Source of the DNA: Spirochaetia bacterium
GTDB lineage: Bacteria; Spirochaetota; Spirochaetia; UBA9216
Direction: 5' to 3'
DNA length: 64,000 bases
Assembly (NCBI GenBank): GCA_963677925.2
Contig: CAXXYH010000004.1
Location: 512,001-576,000 of the forward strand
The notes under the pieces are model-generated. The model worked only from the letters and a program-made list of their open reading frames with translations. It was not told the origin of the DNA and made no database searches. Position numbers and translations under genes: made by a program. Shown here piece after piece: positions 18,010 to 28,132 of the stretch (the stretch's first letter is position 1; the number at the start of each line of letters is the position of its first letter).

Positions 18010-20043
18010 ATGAATAATTGGCTGGAACCTTCGATTTTCTCAACATTTTTTGCCTCTTTAATATTAATAATTGCCTACGGGTATGTATTTTTTAAGGAAA
18101 AAAAAAGAGAGTTAAAATATTTTTTATTTGCATGGATAATATATGCCCTAAGATTTATATGTAATCTGCTTCAGATAGAAACGAATCTTACATTTTTAAG
18201 TTATTTTGGACTAATCGCTACCCTGCTCAGCTCTGCCTTTCTGTTTATTGCCGCAAGAACTTTCTTCTCACAAAAGCCGCAGAAAGCTCTGAATTATATC
18301 TTTTTTTTCAGTCCTGTAGTTGTCCTTGTCCTGTGGATCATTAATGTAGATATTTTTATTGTTACTGCCGCAGCATTCTTTATATCCGGAACTATTTATA
18401 TTTTGGTAGGAATTAATTTTCTTAAAAATAAATCAGGGATTCTGTCAACTGAAATTTTTATTGCGCTCGTATTTATGCTATGGGGTCTGCATAAATTTGA
18501 TTATCCCTTTCTTTACGATTCCATAGCCTTTGCTCCAATTGGTTTTCTTTTAGGTTTTCTATTCTCGATAATAAGCGCTTTGAGTATATTAATGCTGTTT
18601 TATGAATACCGTATAAAAGCATTTAATGAAAAAGTAAGTGAATTGCAGTCAGCAAATGAAGCTATTGAAAATAGTAATGTATTATTATTGGATACAAAGA
18701 AGAAACTCCAGCTGAAACTCGATTATATTCTATCTCCGGATCTGGATGAACAGGATTTAATTAATATCACAGATATAATAGATATAGATTTGCTTCAGGA
18801 AATACAGAACTCGTTTTCAAATGCTACCGGAGTTACAGCGATAATTACAGATATAAACGGGGTTTCGGTAACTAAGCCTAGTAATTTCAATGAAATGTGC
18901 AAGATTATCAGACAGACTAAGAAAGGGTTATCGCATTGTATTGAATTTGCAAAATCTATGGGATTGGAATCGGCAGAGAATTTATCAACAAATTACAGGG
19001 CCTGTACAGGCTGCGGATTTGTTGAAGCATCGGCTCCAATATTTGTCGGCAACAAACATTTAGCCAACTGGATAATCGGCCAGACTTCATTCAGTGATAT
19101 TAATGAAGAAAAAATTAAGAGTTATGCAGAAGAGATTGATGTAAATTCTGATATATTACTTGCTGAATTTCGAAAAGTTGAACTTATACCTTATGAACAA
19201 TTTAAAAAGAGGGTTGATCTGTTATGGCTTTTCTCCAAAACTTTAAGCAGCTATGCTTATCATAATATTAAACTGACCCGGAAACTTGTAGAAGAAAGAA
19301 AAATTAAGGAAGAACTTGCTGCCGCGAAAGCCGTTGCTGAAGAAAACAGCCGACTAAAAAGCGCATTTCTGGCAAATGTAAGTCATGAAATCAGAACTCC
19401 GCTTAATGGAGTTTTAGGTTTTGCAGAATTTCTTAAGTATGATAAATATAGCGAAGAAGATCGAAAGAGATTTTTCAACCTGATGGATGAAAGCGGAAAG
19501 CGATTAATGAAAACAATTGATGATATTATTGATATCTCTATTATAAATTCCGGAAAAATGGATTTCAGTATTGATTCTGTTTCTATAAGCAGTTTATTAA
19601 ACGATGTATTATCTGCTTATGAACAGGAAATTAATTCAAAGGGAATTGATTTTAAATATGTTAATCCGGGAGATTATAATATTCTTACAGATGAGGAGAA
19701 GCTGAAAAAAATTCTTTCCAATGTTTTGGATAATGCTGTAAAATTTACAGAACAGGGTAGAATTGAGCTTAATGTGATGGATAAAGATGAAGATTTAGAA
19801 TTCACTTTCTTCGATACAGGAATTGGAATATCCAAAGATAAATTTAAATCAATTTATAACAGTTTTGAGCAGGTCGATATTGATTATTCGAGAAGATATG
19901 AGGGGCTCGGGTTGGGTTTATCCATAGCTAAATCTTATCTGGATTTAATGGGCGGCTCAATCCGTGTCGATTCAAAAGCCGCCGGTAAAGGAAAAAACTC
20001 TCCGGGCTGGACTCGTTTTACTATACTTATTCCAAAAGCATAA
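18010..20043 (+). CDS. Membrane sensor histidine kinase with PocR domain
   Basis: Multi-TM N-terminus, PocR-like LQEIQNSFSNATG...C..IR...C...CG..EASAPI, HisKA FLANVSHEIRTPLN, and HATPase N/G boxes. Confidence 0.9.
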   Translation: MNNWLEPSIFSTFFASLILIIAYGYVFFKEKKRELKYFLFAWIIYALRFICNLLQIETNLTFLSYFGLIATLLSSAFLFIAARTFFSQKPQKALNYIFFFSPVVVLVLWIINVDIFIVTAAAFFISGTIYILVGINFLKNKSGILSTEIFIALVFMLWGLHKFDYPFLYDSIAFAPIGFLLGFLFSIISALSILMLFYEYRIKAFNEKVSELQSANEAIENSNVLLLDTKKKLQLKLDYILSPDLDEQDLINITDIIDIDLLQEIQNSFSNATGVTAIITDINGVSVTKPSNFNEMCKIIRQTKKGLSHCIEFAKSMGLESAENLSTNYRACTGCGFVEASAPIFVGNKHLANWIIGQTSFSDINEEKIKSYAEEIDVNSDILLAEFRKVELIPYEQFKKRVDLLWLFSKTLSSYAYHNIKLTRKLVEERKIKEELAAAKAVAEENSRLKSAFLANVSHEIRTPLNGVLGFAEFLKYDKYSEEDRKRFFNLMDESGKRLMKTIDDIIDISIINSGKMDFSIDSVSISSLLNDVLSAYEQEINSKGIDFKYVNPGDYNILTDEEKLKKILSNVLDNAVKFTEQGRIELNVMDKDEDLEFTFFDTGIGISKDKFKSIYNSFEQVDIDYSRRYEGLGLGLSIAKSYLDLMGGSIRVDSKAAGKGKNSPGWTRFTILIPKA

Positions 20044-20067
20044 TTATTCAGATACCTAAAAATAGGG

Positions 20068-20313
20068 TCATACTCTATGGTTTAGTATTTCCAAAGCTTC
20101 TTCAGGTACCGCAGCTTTTATAAACCGGATTGTTTCCGAAATTTTATTGTTTATATATTTTAGATTACCGATATGACTCCAATCAGCATCATCGACTAAA
20201 ACATATTCATGTCTGATGGCTGTTACTTCTTCCAGAGCTTTCAGATATTCTTTTAATTTATAATATTCTTTTAAATAGGCCGATGTAACATCACACTGGT
20301 ACTCATCATCCAT
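20068..20313 (-). CDS. Small hypothetical protein (81 aa)
   Basis: ATG with GGAG SD; helical sequence containing DDADWSHIGNL. Confidence 0.65.
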   Translation of the reverse strand: MDDEYQCDVTSAYLKEYYKLKEYLKALEEVTAIRHEYVLVDDADWSHIGNLKYINNKISETIRFIKAAVPEEALEILNHRV

Positions 20314-20326
20314 TGCTGCACTCCAT

Positions 20327-20350
20327 AGTTAGACTTTTAAAAGTCTAACT
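20327..20350. promoter_or_regulatory. Perfect 24-bp palindrome AGTTAGACTTTTAAAAGTCTAACT
   Basis: Fully self-complementary; directly upstream of the SD of the 81-aa ORF. Confidence 0.6.
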
Positions 20351-20640
20351 GATTGATAATATTCATGCAATAAAAGAAATTGGTATATGCATTACAGTTT
20401 TGTAATGATAAAATGATTCATTAACAGACTTGCCTTCCTTTACTATATTTTCTACCATTAGATTAGAAAGTTAAATATGTTACGCTTACCTTTCAGCAGA
20501 GTTAAATTCGAAATACTACTCCCGCAGCTATTTATGCTTCAATTTGACTGACAGAACTTTTTACTCCAATTTGCAGCTGTAATTATTTAGTTGATTTTTC
20601 TATATATAGATATTACTATGTTAAATAGGAGTGCCTAATT

Positions 20641-23600
20641 ATGAAAAAAAATCTAGGGGGGCTGGGAAAACTAACTGAACTAAGTATCAACAAGTACAGG
20701 CTTATTTATCTTTTTATAATCATCACAATTTTCATCGGGCTGTATATGTATAATGAGCTGCCCAGAGAGTCTAAACCGGAAATAGTTTTTCCTACCGTAA
20801 AAGTTTCTGTAAACTATTCAGGCGCAAGTCCGAAGGATGTCGAACAGCTTGTAACGAATAAGCTGGAGGCTGTACTTCTGAACTTGCCGGATCTTGAGTT
20901 TATTACATCATCTTCACTTGCAGGAAGGAGTGAAATTCAGCTGGACTTTTATCCTGAAAGTAATCTTGATGAGAATTTTGACAATGTTTCGCAGGCTGTA
21001 AATTCAATACTTAAGGATTTGCCTGATGAAGCTGAACTTCCTTCAGTACGTGTTTCCACTACTGCCAACCGGGCATTTCTTGTCTTGAGCATTAGCGGAG
21101 ATGTTGGAGCGGAAAACCTGAGAGACACTGCTCTTCTGCTTGAACGGCGGCTGTTATCGCTTGATGGTGTCAAGGAAGTCCGTCTGTCCGGCCTATATAA
21201 TGAAAGAGTAGATATCTTCTATTCGCCGGCTAAACTTGCCGAGTATGGTCTCAGTTCGGATGATATCCTTCAGGCTATAAGATTAAACCATAAGGATACG
21301 CCGGCCGGTGAAGCGGTGTTTGACGGTATGCAGTATTATGTCAGGGTCCTGGGCGCTTACAACACTGCTGATGAAATCAGCCGGATGCAGATTCAGCTGC
21401 CTGACGGGAGTACGCGATTTCTTAAGGACCTTGCTTTGGTTGAAGTTAGTCCCGTTTCAAGCGGAACTGTTTCAAGGATGGCTGTCGGTCTGGGTACTCC
21501 TGATGTTAAAATGCTTCCTTCAATCACTTTATCGCTCTACAGAGACGGAGGTACGGACATTGTCGGTCCGAGTCTGGATTCAAAAACAATTATCAACGAG
21601 CTTTCATCTTCAGGGAGTTTCGAAGGGATAGATGTTCAGATTATTCAGGATGATGCGGAGATAGTTAAACGAGATCTTTCCGATGTTCTGGAAAATGCTC
21701 TTTCCGGGCTTCTGATTGTCGTCATCATTTTGTACTTATTTCTTGGTTTAAGAGAAGCTTTAATTACCAGTCTGATTATTCCTTTCTCAATGTTTATCAG
21801 TTTTATTGCCATGGATTTAACCGGGATGACTTTCAATACTATGACCCTGCTTGCAATGATCATTGCTCTAGGGCTTCTGGTTGATAATGGTATTGTTATC
21901 GTTGAAAGTATTGTGGAAAAGCGGAGTCAGGGGATGAAACCGGTTCAGGCTGTAAAAGCCGGTGCGATAGAGGTTGCTCCGTCAATTTTTGCGGCAACAC
22001 TTACAACGATGGCGGCATTCATTCCCCTTGCAATGATGGACGGGCGAATCGGAATGATTATCAGTGTCATTCCGCTTACTGTAATATTTATAATCGGAAG
22101 TTCATTGTTTATTGCACTGACCATTACTCCTGCGCTGAGCGCAAGATGGCTGAAATATAAAAAAGGTACCAAAGCCGGTGGGGCTGTAAGCGGTTTTTCC
22201 TGGAAAAAAGAGATCTTTACCGGTCTCCTGGTTTCAGTCCTCTTTAGTCTTGCATTTATGACAGATCGTAAACCGGGTCTTCTTTCTCTGGTTACTGGAC
22301 TTCTAATGCTGGCATTCATGGTCTTTAAAAGCTATACAAAATATAAAAAAATAAATGCCTTCGAAAAGATCGCCATGCTGTATAAAAAGCTTCTTACCGC
22401 ACTTTTATCAAAGCGGTTGTGGAGAGGACTGCTACCTGGAATTATGTTTGCGATGCTTCTTTTTGTTTTCTGGGGAATCGGATCGGGTCTGATAAAAATA
22501 GAACTGTTCCCCATCAAGGATGAAACAGCACTTTACGCAGTCATTACTGCGCCGGAATACAGCACCCTTGAAAATACTGACAGGCTCACGAGGCTGGCTG
22601 AGGAGAAACTGCTTGATATTGACGGTGTAGCCAACATGTACAGCGAGGTAGGCTTGACTTCAACCCGTGATGCCCAGATTGTGATGAACCTTCTGCCGCC
22701 GGGGGAACGCAAGTGGACAACCCAGAAGAAAATTCCGGAACTGATGAACCTTTTATCGTCAATTCCAGGGGCTAAGATTACTGTTGGAACCCAGGCCGGC
22801 GGAAAAACCGCTAACAGCCCGGTACAGATTAAAGTGGCCGGGGAAGATTTTGATGAGCTGAAATCGGCCGCAGAAATCATTGCTTCTGAACTTGCCTCCG
22901 TGAATGGTGTCCGCGGTGTTCTAACAGACTGGGAAAAGGGTTTTCCGGAAATACAGATAATGCCCTCCGGTATTTATGCTGCTGAAACCGGAGCCGATGC
23001 GACTCTGATAGGAACACAGGTAAAATCGTTTTTAAGCGGTCAGAGCGCCGGGACTTTAATTACCAGAGAAGGTGATCAGGAAATTGTAGTTTCTGCGGAT
23101 CCGCTGCTTCTTGATTCAGTTGATGATCTGAGTAAAATTCTTATTCCGTTTAAAAATGGAGATTTCCTCCCCATAACCTCTGTCGCTGATATCGCGGTAT
23201 CTCAGGGTTATGGAACTATCCGGCACAGTCAGGGTGCAAGAACTGTAACAGTAATGGCTCAGATGCTTCCCGAGGCGAATATCAGGGAGATTGTTCAGGA
23301 ATTTGAATCTATTCGAAATGGAGGCAGTTCACTTCCGGAAGGAGTTTCCTTTTCATGGGTCGGTGATGCTGCTGATCTGGATTCCTCATTCGGTAGTATG
23401 CTGATAAATTTTATAATTGCCCTGATTGTAGTATTTCTTATTCTGGCTATTCAGTTTAATTCATTCAGTCAATCGATGGTAATTCTCTTTTCTGTACCAA
23501 TGTCTATAATCGGAGTCTTTGCGGGGCTCTCTTTGACCGGGAATAATTTTGGTCTGTATGCATTTATGGGTGTTATCGCCCTGGTTGGAATAGTCGTGAA

Positions 23601-23928
23601 TGATGCTATTGTTCTTGTTGATACTGTAAACAGGCTTAGAACAAAGGGTGAAAAGATTATTAATGCATTAACCGAAGCGGGAAAATCACGATTCGCACCG
23701 GTCCTCGCAACCAGCCTGACAACAATAGGCGGAATGCTTCCCCTTGCCTTCAAAGACCAGAATTTTGCACAGCTCAGTATATCGCTAATATCTGGCCTGA
23801 TTGCTTCGACAGTTCTGACTCTTCTTATACTGCCGCTGACCTTTTTCACTGTCGATCAGATAAAGTTGAAAATTCAGAAGATAGTTCCTGTATTTGTTGA
23901 TGAATCGGAGGATGAGACAAATGAATAA
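20641..23928 (+). CDS. RND efflux permease (AcrB/AcrD/AcrF family)
   Basis: GASPKDVEQLVT, ALGLLVDNGIVIVE, GIVVNDAIVLVD, RFAPVLATSLTTIGGMLPL; 1095 aa. Confidence 0.95.
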   Translation: MKKNLGGLGKLTELSINKYRLIYLFIIITIFIGLYMYNELPRESKPEIVFPTVKVSVNYSGASPKDVEQLVTNKLEAVLLNLPDLEFITSSSLAGRSEIQLDFYPESNLDENFDNVSQAVNSILKDLPDEAELPSVRVSTTANRAFLVLSISGDVGAENLRDTALLLERRLLSLDGVKEVRLSGLYNERVDIFYSPAKLAEYGLSSDDILQAIRLNHKDTPAGEAVFDGMQYYVRVLGAYNTADEISRMQIQLPDGSTRFLKDLALVEVSPVSSGTVSRMAVGLGTPDVKMLPSITLSLYRDGGTDIVGPSLDSKTIINELSSSGSFEGIDVQIIQDDAEIVKRDLSDVLENALSGLLIVVIILYLFLGLREALITSLIIPFSMFISFIAMDLTGMTFNTMTLLAMIIALGLLVDNGIVIVESIVEKRSQGMKPVQAVKAGAIEVAPSIFAATLTTMAAFIPLAMMDGRIGMIISVIPLTVIFIIGSSLFIALTITPALSARWLKYKKGTKAGGAVSGFSWKKEIFTGLLVSVLFSLAFMTDRKPGLLSLVTGLLMLAFMVFKSYTKYKKINAFEKIAMLYKKLLTALLSKRLWRGLLPGIMFAMLLFVFWGIGSGLIKIELFPIKDETALYAVITAPEYSTLENTDRLTRLAEEKLLDIDGVANMYSEVGLTSTRDAQIVMNLLPPGERKWTTQKKIPELMNLLSSIPGAKITVGTQAGGKTANSPVQIKVAGEDFDELKSAAEIIASELASVNGVRGVLTDWEKGFPEIQIMPSGIYAAETGADATLIGTQVKSFLSGQSAGTLITREGDQEIVVSADPLLLDSVDDLSKILIPFKNGDFLPITSVADIAVSQGYGTIRHSQGARTVTVMAQMLPEANIREIVQEFESIRNGGSSLPEGVSFSWVGDAADLDSSFGSMLINFIIALIVVFLILAIQFNSFSQSMVILFSVPMSIIGVFAGLSLTGNNFGLYAFMGVIALVGIVVNDAIVLVDTVNRLRTKGEKIINALTEAGKSRFAPVLATSLTTIGGMLPLAFKDQNFAQLSISLISGLIASTVLTLLILPLTFFTVDQIKLKIQKIVPVFVDESEDETNE

Positions 23929-25282
23929 AAATATAAAAAATCTTTCAGTTTTAATACTGATATTATCAATTTCAATAATTGCGCTCAGCTGCAGTGATGC
24001 TGAGGTATCAAGTTCGGCAGGTCCGGCACCCAGTGAACCAGCAGTTCTGAACACTGCTCAATCAAAATCCATGGAAGCCGATCTCACAGTGCCTCCTCCC
24101 GGTAGCCAGGCGACCCAGGAAAAATGGGACACTTTTACGGATGAAAAGAAGCAGGAATCCTGGGATAAATACATAGAATCCCTCAGCGCAGAGACCGATA
24201 CGCGAACTGATAGCGAATCAGAACCTGCAGTAAAGTCGGTATCTACAGAAAAGGCTGTTTCAGTCGTTACTGCACTTTTAAAAGACAGCCCTATGGAGGT
24301 CTATTACTACGGAATAGGCGAAGTTGAGGCAGGTAAAGTTGTGAAAGTTTTTCCGGCTGTTTCGGGTACTGCCGAAACTTTGTATGTCACCGAGGGTGAG
24401 TATGTAGATTCCGGAGATCTTCTTTTTGCACTTGACAGCCGTGAATGGGTAAAGGACCTTGAGCGGGCCGAGGAAAAGTGGAATGCTGAGCTTGAGCTGG
24501 CTCAGATCAGGCTTAACGAGGCAAGTCAGGATTTGGACAGGACGAGAACCTTTTACGAGAGAGATCTCGTCACAAGACAGGAGCTTGAAAAAACGGAACA
24601 AAGTGTTTCAGAAGCCCAGGTTAATCTTGAGAAGATACAGATCTCCAGAAAGACCGAACTCGAATCCCTGCAGGAAAACTATAAATCCCGCCTCGGTACA
24701 AGCCCGGGTCGGGGCTATGTTTCCAGCATCAGTTTCAGCGAGGGCGAGGCAGTAAACTCAGCCGATTTTGTTGAGATAGTTAATCTTGAAGAGGTTCAGC
24801 TTGTGATTGAAGTCCCCGAGAATATCATACCAAGAATAACAAGGGGATCTGCTGTCTTTGCCAAAACGCCCTCATCATCAAAGTATGGTATGGAAGGCCG
24901 GGTCAGCGGGTACAGTATTCTACCCGGTAACAACAGGACATACAAAGTAACCGCAAGCCTGGTAAATAAAAATCAGAGGCTTTTCCCTGGAATGCTAATG
25001 GAAGCTCAAATACAGGTCTCACAGCTTCAGACCCGATTCATTGTTCCGCGTGTTTCGGTAATAACTGAAGGAACTGATTCATTTATCTATATTATCGAAA
25101 ATAATATAAGTGTGAGGGTTCCCGTTGAGCCCGGTACCGGCCGTCAGGGATTTATTCAGGTTGAGGGCGATTTGTATCTTGATGCGCAGCTTGTTATAGA
25201 GGGACAGAGTTATCTGAAACCGGGAACTCCTGTAAATATTGTTGATACACAGACTTATCTGCCAGACAGAACGGAACTCTAG
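23921..25282 (+). CDS. RND periplasmic adaptor (membrane fusion) lipoprotein
   Basis: Lipobox ALSC, lipoyl-like SG...LYVTEGEYVDSGDLL and LFPGM; ATG at 23921 overlaps the permease stop. Confidence 0.9.
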   Translation: MNKNIKNLSVLILILSISIIALSCSDAEVSSSAGPAPSEPAVLNTAQSKSMEADLTVPPPGSQATQEKWDTFTDEKKQESWDKYIESLSAETDTRTDSESEPAVKSVSTEKAVSVVTALLKDSPMEVYYYGIGEVEAGKVVKVFPAVSGTAETLYVTEGEYVDSGDLLFALDSREWVKDLERAEEKWNAELELAQIRLNEASQDLDRTRTFYERDLVTRQELEKTEQSVSEAQVNLEKIQISRKTELESLQENYKSRLGTSPGRGYVSSISFSEGEAVNSADFVEIVNLEEVQLVIEVPENIIPRITRGSAVFAKTPSSSKYGMEGRVSGYSILPGNNRTYKVTASLVNKNQRLFPGMLMEAQIQVSQLQTRFIVPRVSVITEGTDSFIYIIENNISVRVPVEPGTGRQGFIQVEGDLYLDAQLVIEGQSYLKPGTPVNIVDTQTYLPDRTEL

Positions 25283-25291
25283 GAGTTTGAT

Positions 25292-26665
25292 ATGGGTAAA
25301 AATAAATTAATATTATTGTTAATTATTCCGGTAATGCTGTTGTGGATACAGCCTCTGTTTTCCCAGGCTGATCCAGCCGAAGTTTTAAAATTCACTGATA
25401 TACTTGGTGATAGTAAAATCTCAGCGGATTACAGACTAGCTGTTGAAGAATATGAAAAAAGTATTCTGGAAATGGAATTATATCGTCATCCCGGAGATTT
25501 CGGATTTAATGCTACCCCCGGGGTAAAGTTTCAATGGACTGATCCTGAAACGCCACTCCAGACCGATATAAACATAAATGCAGGAATCTCCTGGTTTCTT
25601 GGCCGCAATGAGGTTAGTGAAGAAAAATACCAGGCGGCTGTAAGGTCTGTTGAAACGGCAAGGCTTGGGATGGAGTCGGCTCTGAATGATACCGTTGTAA
25701 TTTTCTATAAACTGTATTCAGGCTTATGGCTTCTGCAGCAGGAATATTTAATTCTTGATAATGAACAATCTCTTGCAAGGGAACGTTATTCGGGTGCTTA
25801 CCGGATGTATCTGGAAGGCAGTATTTCAACCAGCGAACTTGAAGATGCGGAGGAAGAGCTTCGGCTTGCTGAAGAATCACTGCAGGAGAATTCACTTGAC
25901 CAGCGGCTTACGTGGTTTTCTCTGCAGCAGTACCGGGGGAAGGTCGTAAATGATCAGAATATGACAATCCCGGTGCTCGATGAGTTCTGGTTTAACACTC
26001 CAGATGTTGATAAACCGTCGCTTCTCAGCGAAATTGCCTCTGCGGTAAATTATGATGTAATGAAACTGCAGAATGCTCTTGTTTCAATGGAAGAAACCGC
26101 AGCCCGTCTGAAAAAGGTAAATACAGGACTAAGTTTTAAACCCTATTTCGGATACGATGACTATCTTGCTACTCTTACTTATGCTATGGATAATAATACA
26201 ATGGCGCTTAATACTGCAGTTCCGATTCTTAGTTTAAACAGTACCGGTTCACAGGATTCTCAGAAAAAATGGAACGCAGGAATATCACTTATTTTTGATA
26301 TTGATTCGGGCAAATCTGATAATTTGGAATTAAAGGTTCTTGATAAGGAAATTCTTCAGCAGGAGATCCTCTTAAAAAAACAAATTGATAAATCAGATCT
26401 TGAACTTAGAACTCTTTATCAGCAGCAGCTGCAGGCCAGGCAGGCGCTGCAGCTGGCCGAGACGGCATACCAGAGACAGGTCCGGCTCAGAGATGCGGTC
26501 TCTGTACGGGTTGATTCGGGAACGGCACTTAGAATTGATTTACTCTCGGCGGAAACATCTCTTCAGCGAAGCTTCTGGAAAGTCAGCAGTGCAAGGGTTG
26601 CTGTACAGCAGGCTTATCTGAATTATAAACTACTGGAAGGAAATCTGAACGGAATCTGGCAGTGA
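25292..26665 (+). CDS. TolC-family outer membrane efflux protein
   Basis: Signal peptide and two OEP-like repeats (YLEGSISTSELEDAE, VDSGTALRIDLLSAE); third gene of the RND operon. Confidence 0.8.
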   Translation: MGKNKLILLLIIPVMLLWIQPLFSQADPAEVLKFTDILGDSKISADYRLAVEEYEKSILEMELYRHPGDFGFNATPGVKFQWTDPETPLQTDININAGISWFLGRNEVSEEKYQAAVRSVETARLGMESALNDTVVIFYKLYSGLWLLQQEYLILDNEQSLARERYSGAYRMYLEGSISTSELEDAEEELRLAEESLQENSLDQRLTWFSLQQYRGKVVNDQNMTIPVLDEFWFNTPDVDKPSLLSEIASAVNYDVMKLQNALVSMEETAARLKKVNTGLSFKPYFGYDDYLATLTYAMDNNTMALNTAVPILSLNSTGSQDSQKKWNAGISLIFDIDSGKSDNLELKVLDKEILQQEILLKKQIDKSDLELRTLYQQQLQARQALQLAETAYQRQVRLRDAVSVRVDSGTALRIDLLSAETSLQRSFWKVSSARVAVQQAYLNYKLLEGNLNGIWQ

Positions 26666-26692
26666 TTCTGTTGTAGGAAAGGATGATATATT

Positions 26693-26733
26693 AAAAAGGG
26701 CTGAACGGGATTTATTCTCAGTCAGCCTTTTTT
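26693..26733. terminator. Bidirectional terminator between tolC and msrA
   Basis: AAAAAGGGCTGA...TCAGCCTTTTTT hairpin with A and T tails. Confidence 0.7.
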
Positions 26734-26753
26734 ATAATATTCAGTCTCTGTTC

Positions 26754-27491
26754 TTATTCTCCAGCAGCCAAAAGTTCAGGGTACATCATCTGAAGATCTC
26801 TGAGTTTCGGCAGATCCCAGTAAACGATATAAGGATAGTCAGGGTTCAGCCTGAGGAAATCCTGGTGATAATCCTCCGCTTTATAGAATGCTTTCAGCGG
26901 AGATACTTCCGTAACGATTTTATCACTGTATGTTCCCTCCATTTCAAGCTTATCGATAAATTCCTCTGTCATGGTTTTCTGACTCTGATTAAGATAGAAA
27001 ACTGCTGAGCGGTACTGTGTCCCGTGATCAGGTCCCTGAAAATTCAGCTCCGTCGGATTATGAGCTACGGTGAAAAAGACTTCAAGAAGTGTTTTGTAAT
27101 CGATCTGCTTCGGGTCATAGATTATCTGCACAGCCTCTGCATGCCCGGTGGTGCCGCTGCCTACAACATAATACTGTGCGGTATCCGCTTCACCGCCGGA
27201 ATACCCCGATTCAACATCGAGAACTCCCTGCAGCTGTTCAAATACAGCCTCTACGCCCCAGAAGCAGCCGCCCGCAAATACTGCGGTCTCTACGGCTTCC
27301 GCTTTGTATCCGTCAATTCCGGGAAGCGGACCGCGGATTTTAAGCATTTGATTCTGATTATTTTCCATACCGCCGGAGGTCACTGCAGCATTTCCGGCCA
27401 TTTCTCTTTCTCCCTGTGCTGAAAGAGGTAATATAAACACAATCAATATTAACGTTGAAATAGAAAAAAATATTTTACTCCGGTTTGTCAT
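26754..27491 (-). CDS. msrA: Exported peptide-methionine (S)-S-oxide reductase
   Basis: GGCFWGVE, SGYSGG, GHAEAV, QGPDHGTQYRS and AEDYHQ; signal peptide. Start 27491 has an SD sequence. Confidence 0.95.
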   Translation of the reverse strand: MTNRSKIFFSISTLILIVFILPLSAQGEREMAGNAAVTSGGMENNQNQMLKIRGPLPGIDGYKAEAVETAVFAGGCFWGVEAVFEQLQGVLDVESGYSGGEADTAQYYVVGSGTTGHAEAVQIIYDPKQIDYKTLLEVFFTVAHNPTELNFQGPDHGTQYRSAVFYLNQSQKTMTEEFIDKLEMEGTYSDKIVTEVSPLKAFYKAEDYHQDFLRLNPDYPYIVYWDLPKLRDLQMMYPELLAAGE

Positions 27492-27504
27492 AATAGCCCT
27501 CCTG

Positions 27505-28119
27505 TTATTTCTCAAAGAGATAAAGATATTCTGCGTAGCCTTCCTCCTCCATTCTGCTTAGCGGAATGAACCTGAGTGAGGCTGAATTAATACAGTACCT
27601 CATTCCTGTCGGGGCAGGTCCATCATTGAAAAGGTGGCCCAGGTGTGAATCGGCATAAAAGCTTCTTACCTCTGTGCGGCTCATCCCGTAGGATGTATCT
27701 GAAAGCTCGATAATATTTCCTTCGCTAAGAGGTCTGGTAAAACTCGGCCATCCGGTTCCGGAATCATACTTGTCGGTTGAACTGAACAGAGGCTCGCCTG
27801 ATACAATATCAACATACAGACCCTCCTCATGATTATCCCAGTATTCATTGCTGAAGGGTCTTTCAGTATCTTCATGCTGGGTAACGCTGAACTGCAGCGG
27901 AGTCAGCTTCTCCATCAGTTCATCTTCAGACGGCTTCATGTAATCGCCGCTGCCCATATCGGGCGGCATAAGAGCCCTGGTCTCCTTCTCCATAGCATCC
28001 ATCTCATTATCCATGTTATCCATTTCTTTTGTTCCTGAGGCAAATAGTTGAAATACCGATAGAATTGCCAGGGAAAATACCGCTAAGAACAGTATTCGTC
28101 TTTTAATTATATTTTTCAT
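27505..28119 (-). CDS. msrB: Exported peptide-methionine (R)-S-oxide reductase
   Basis: [26 protein letters not shown] and RYCINSASL; signal peptide. Start 28119 has an SD sequence. Confidence 0.95.
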   Translation of the reverse strand: MKNIIKRRILFLAVFSLAILSVFQLFASGTKEMDNMDNEMDAMEKETRALMPPDMGSGDYMKPSEDELMEKLTPLQFSVTQHEDTERPFSNEYWDNHEEGLYVDIVSGEPLFSSTDKYDSGTGWPSFTRPLSEGNIIELSDTSYGMSRTEVRSFYADSHLGHLFNDGPAPTGMRYCINSASLRFIPLSRMEEEGYAEYLYLFEK

Positions 28120-28132
28120 TTGCAGCCTCCTG

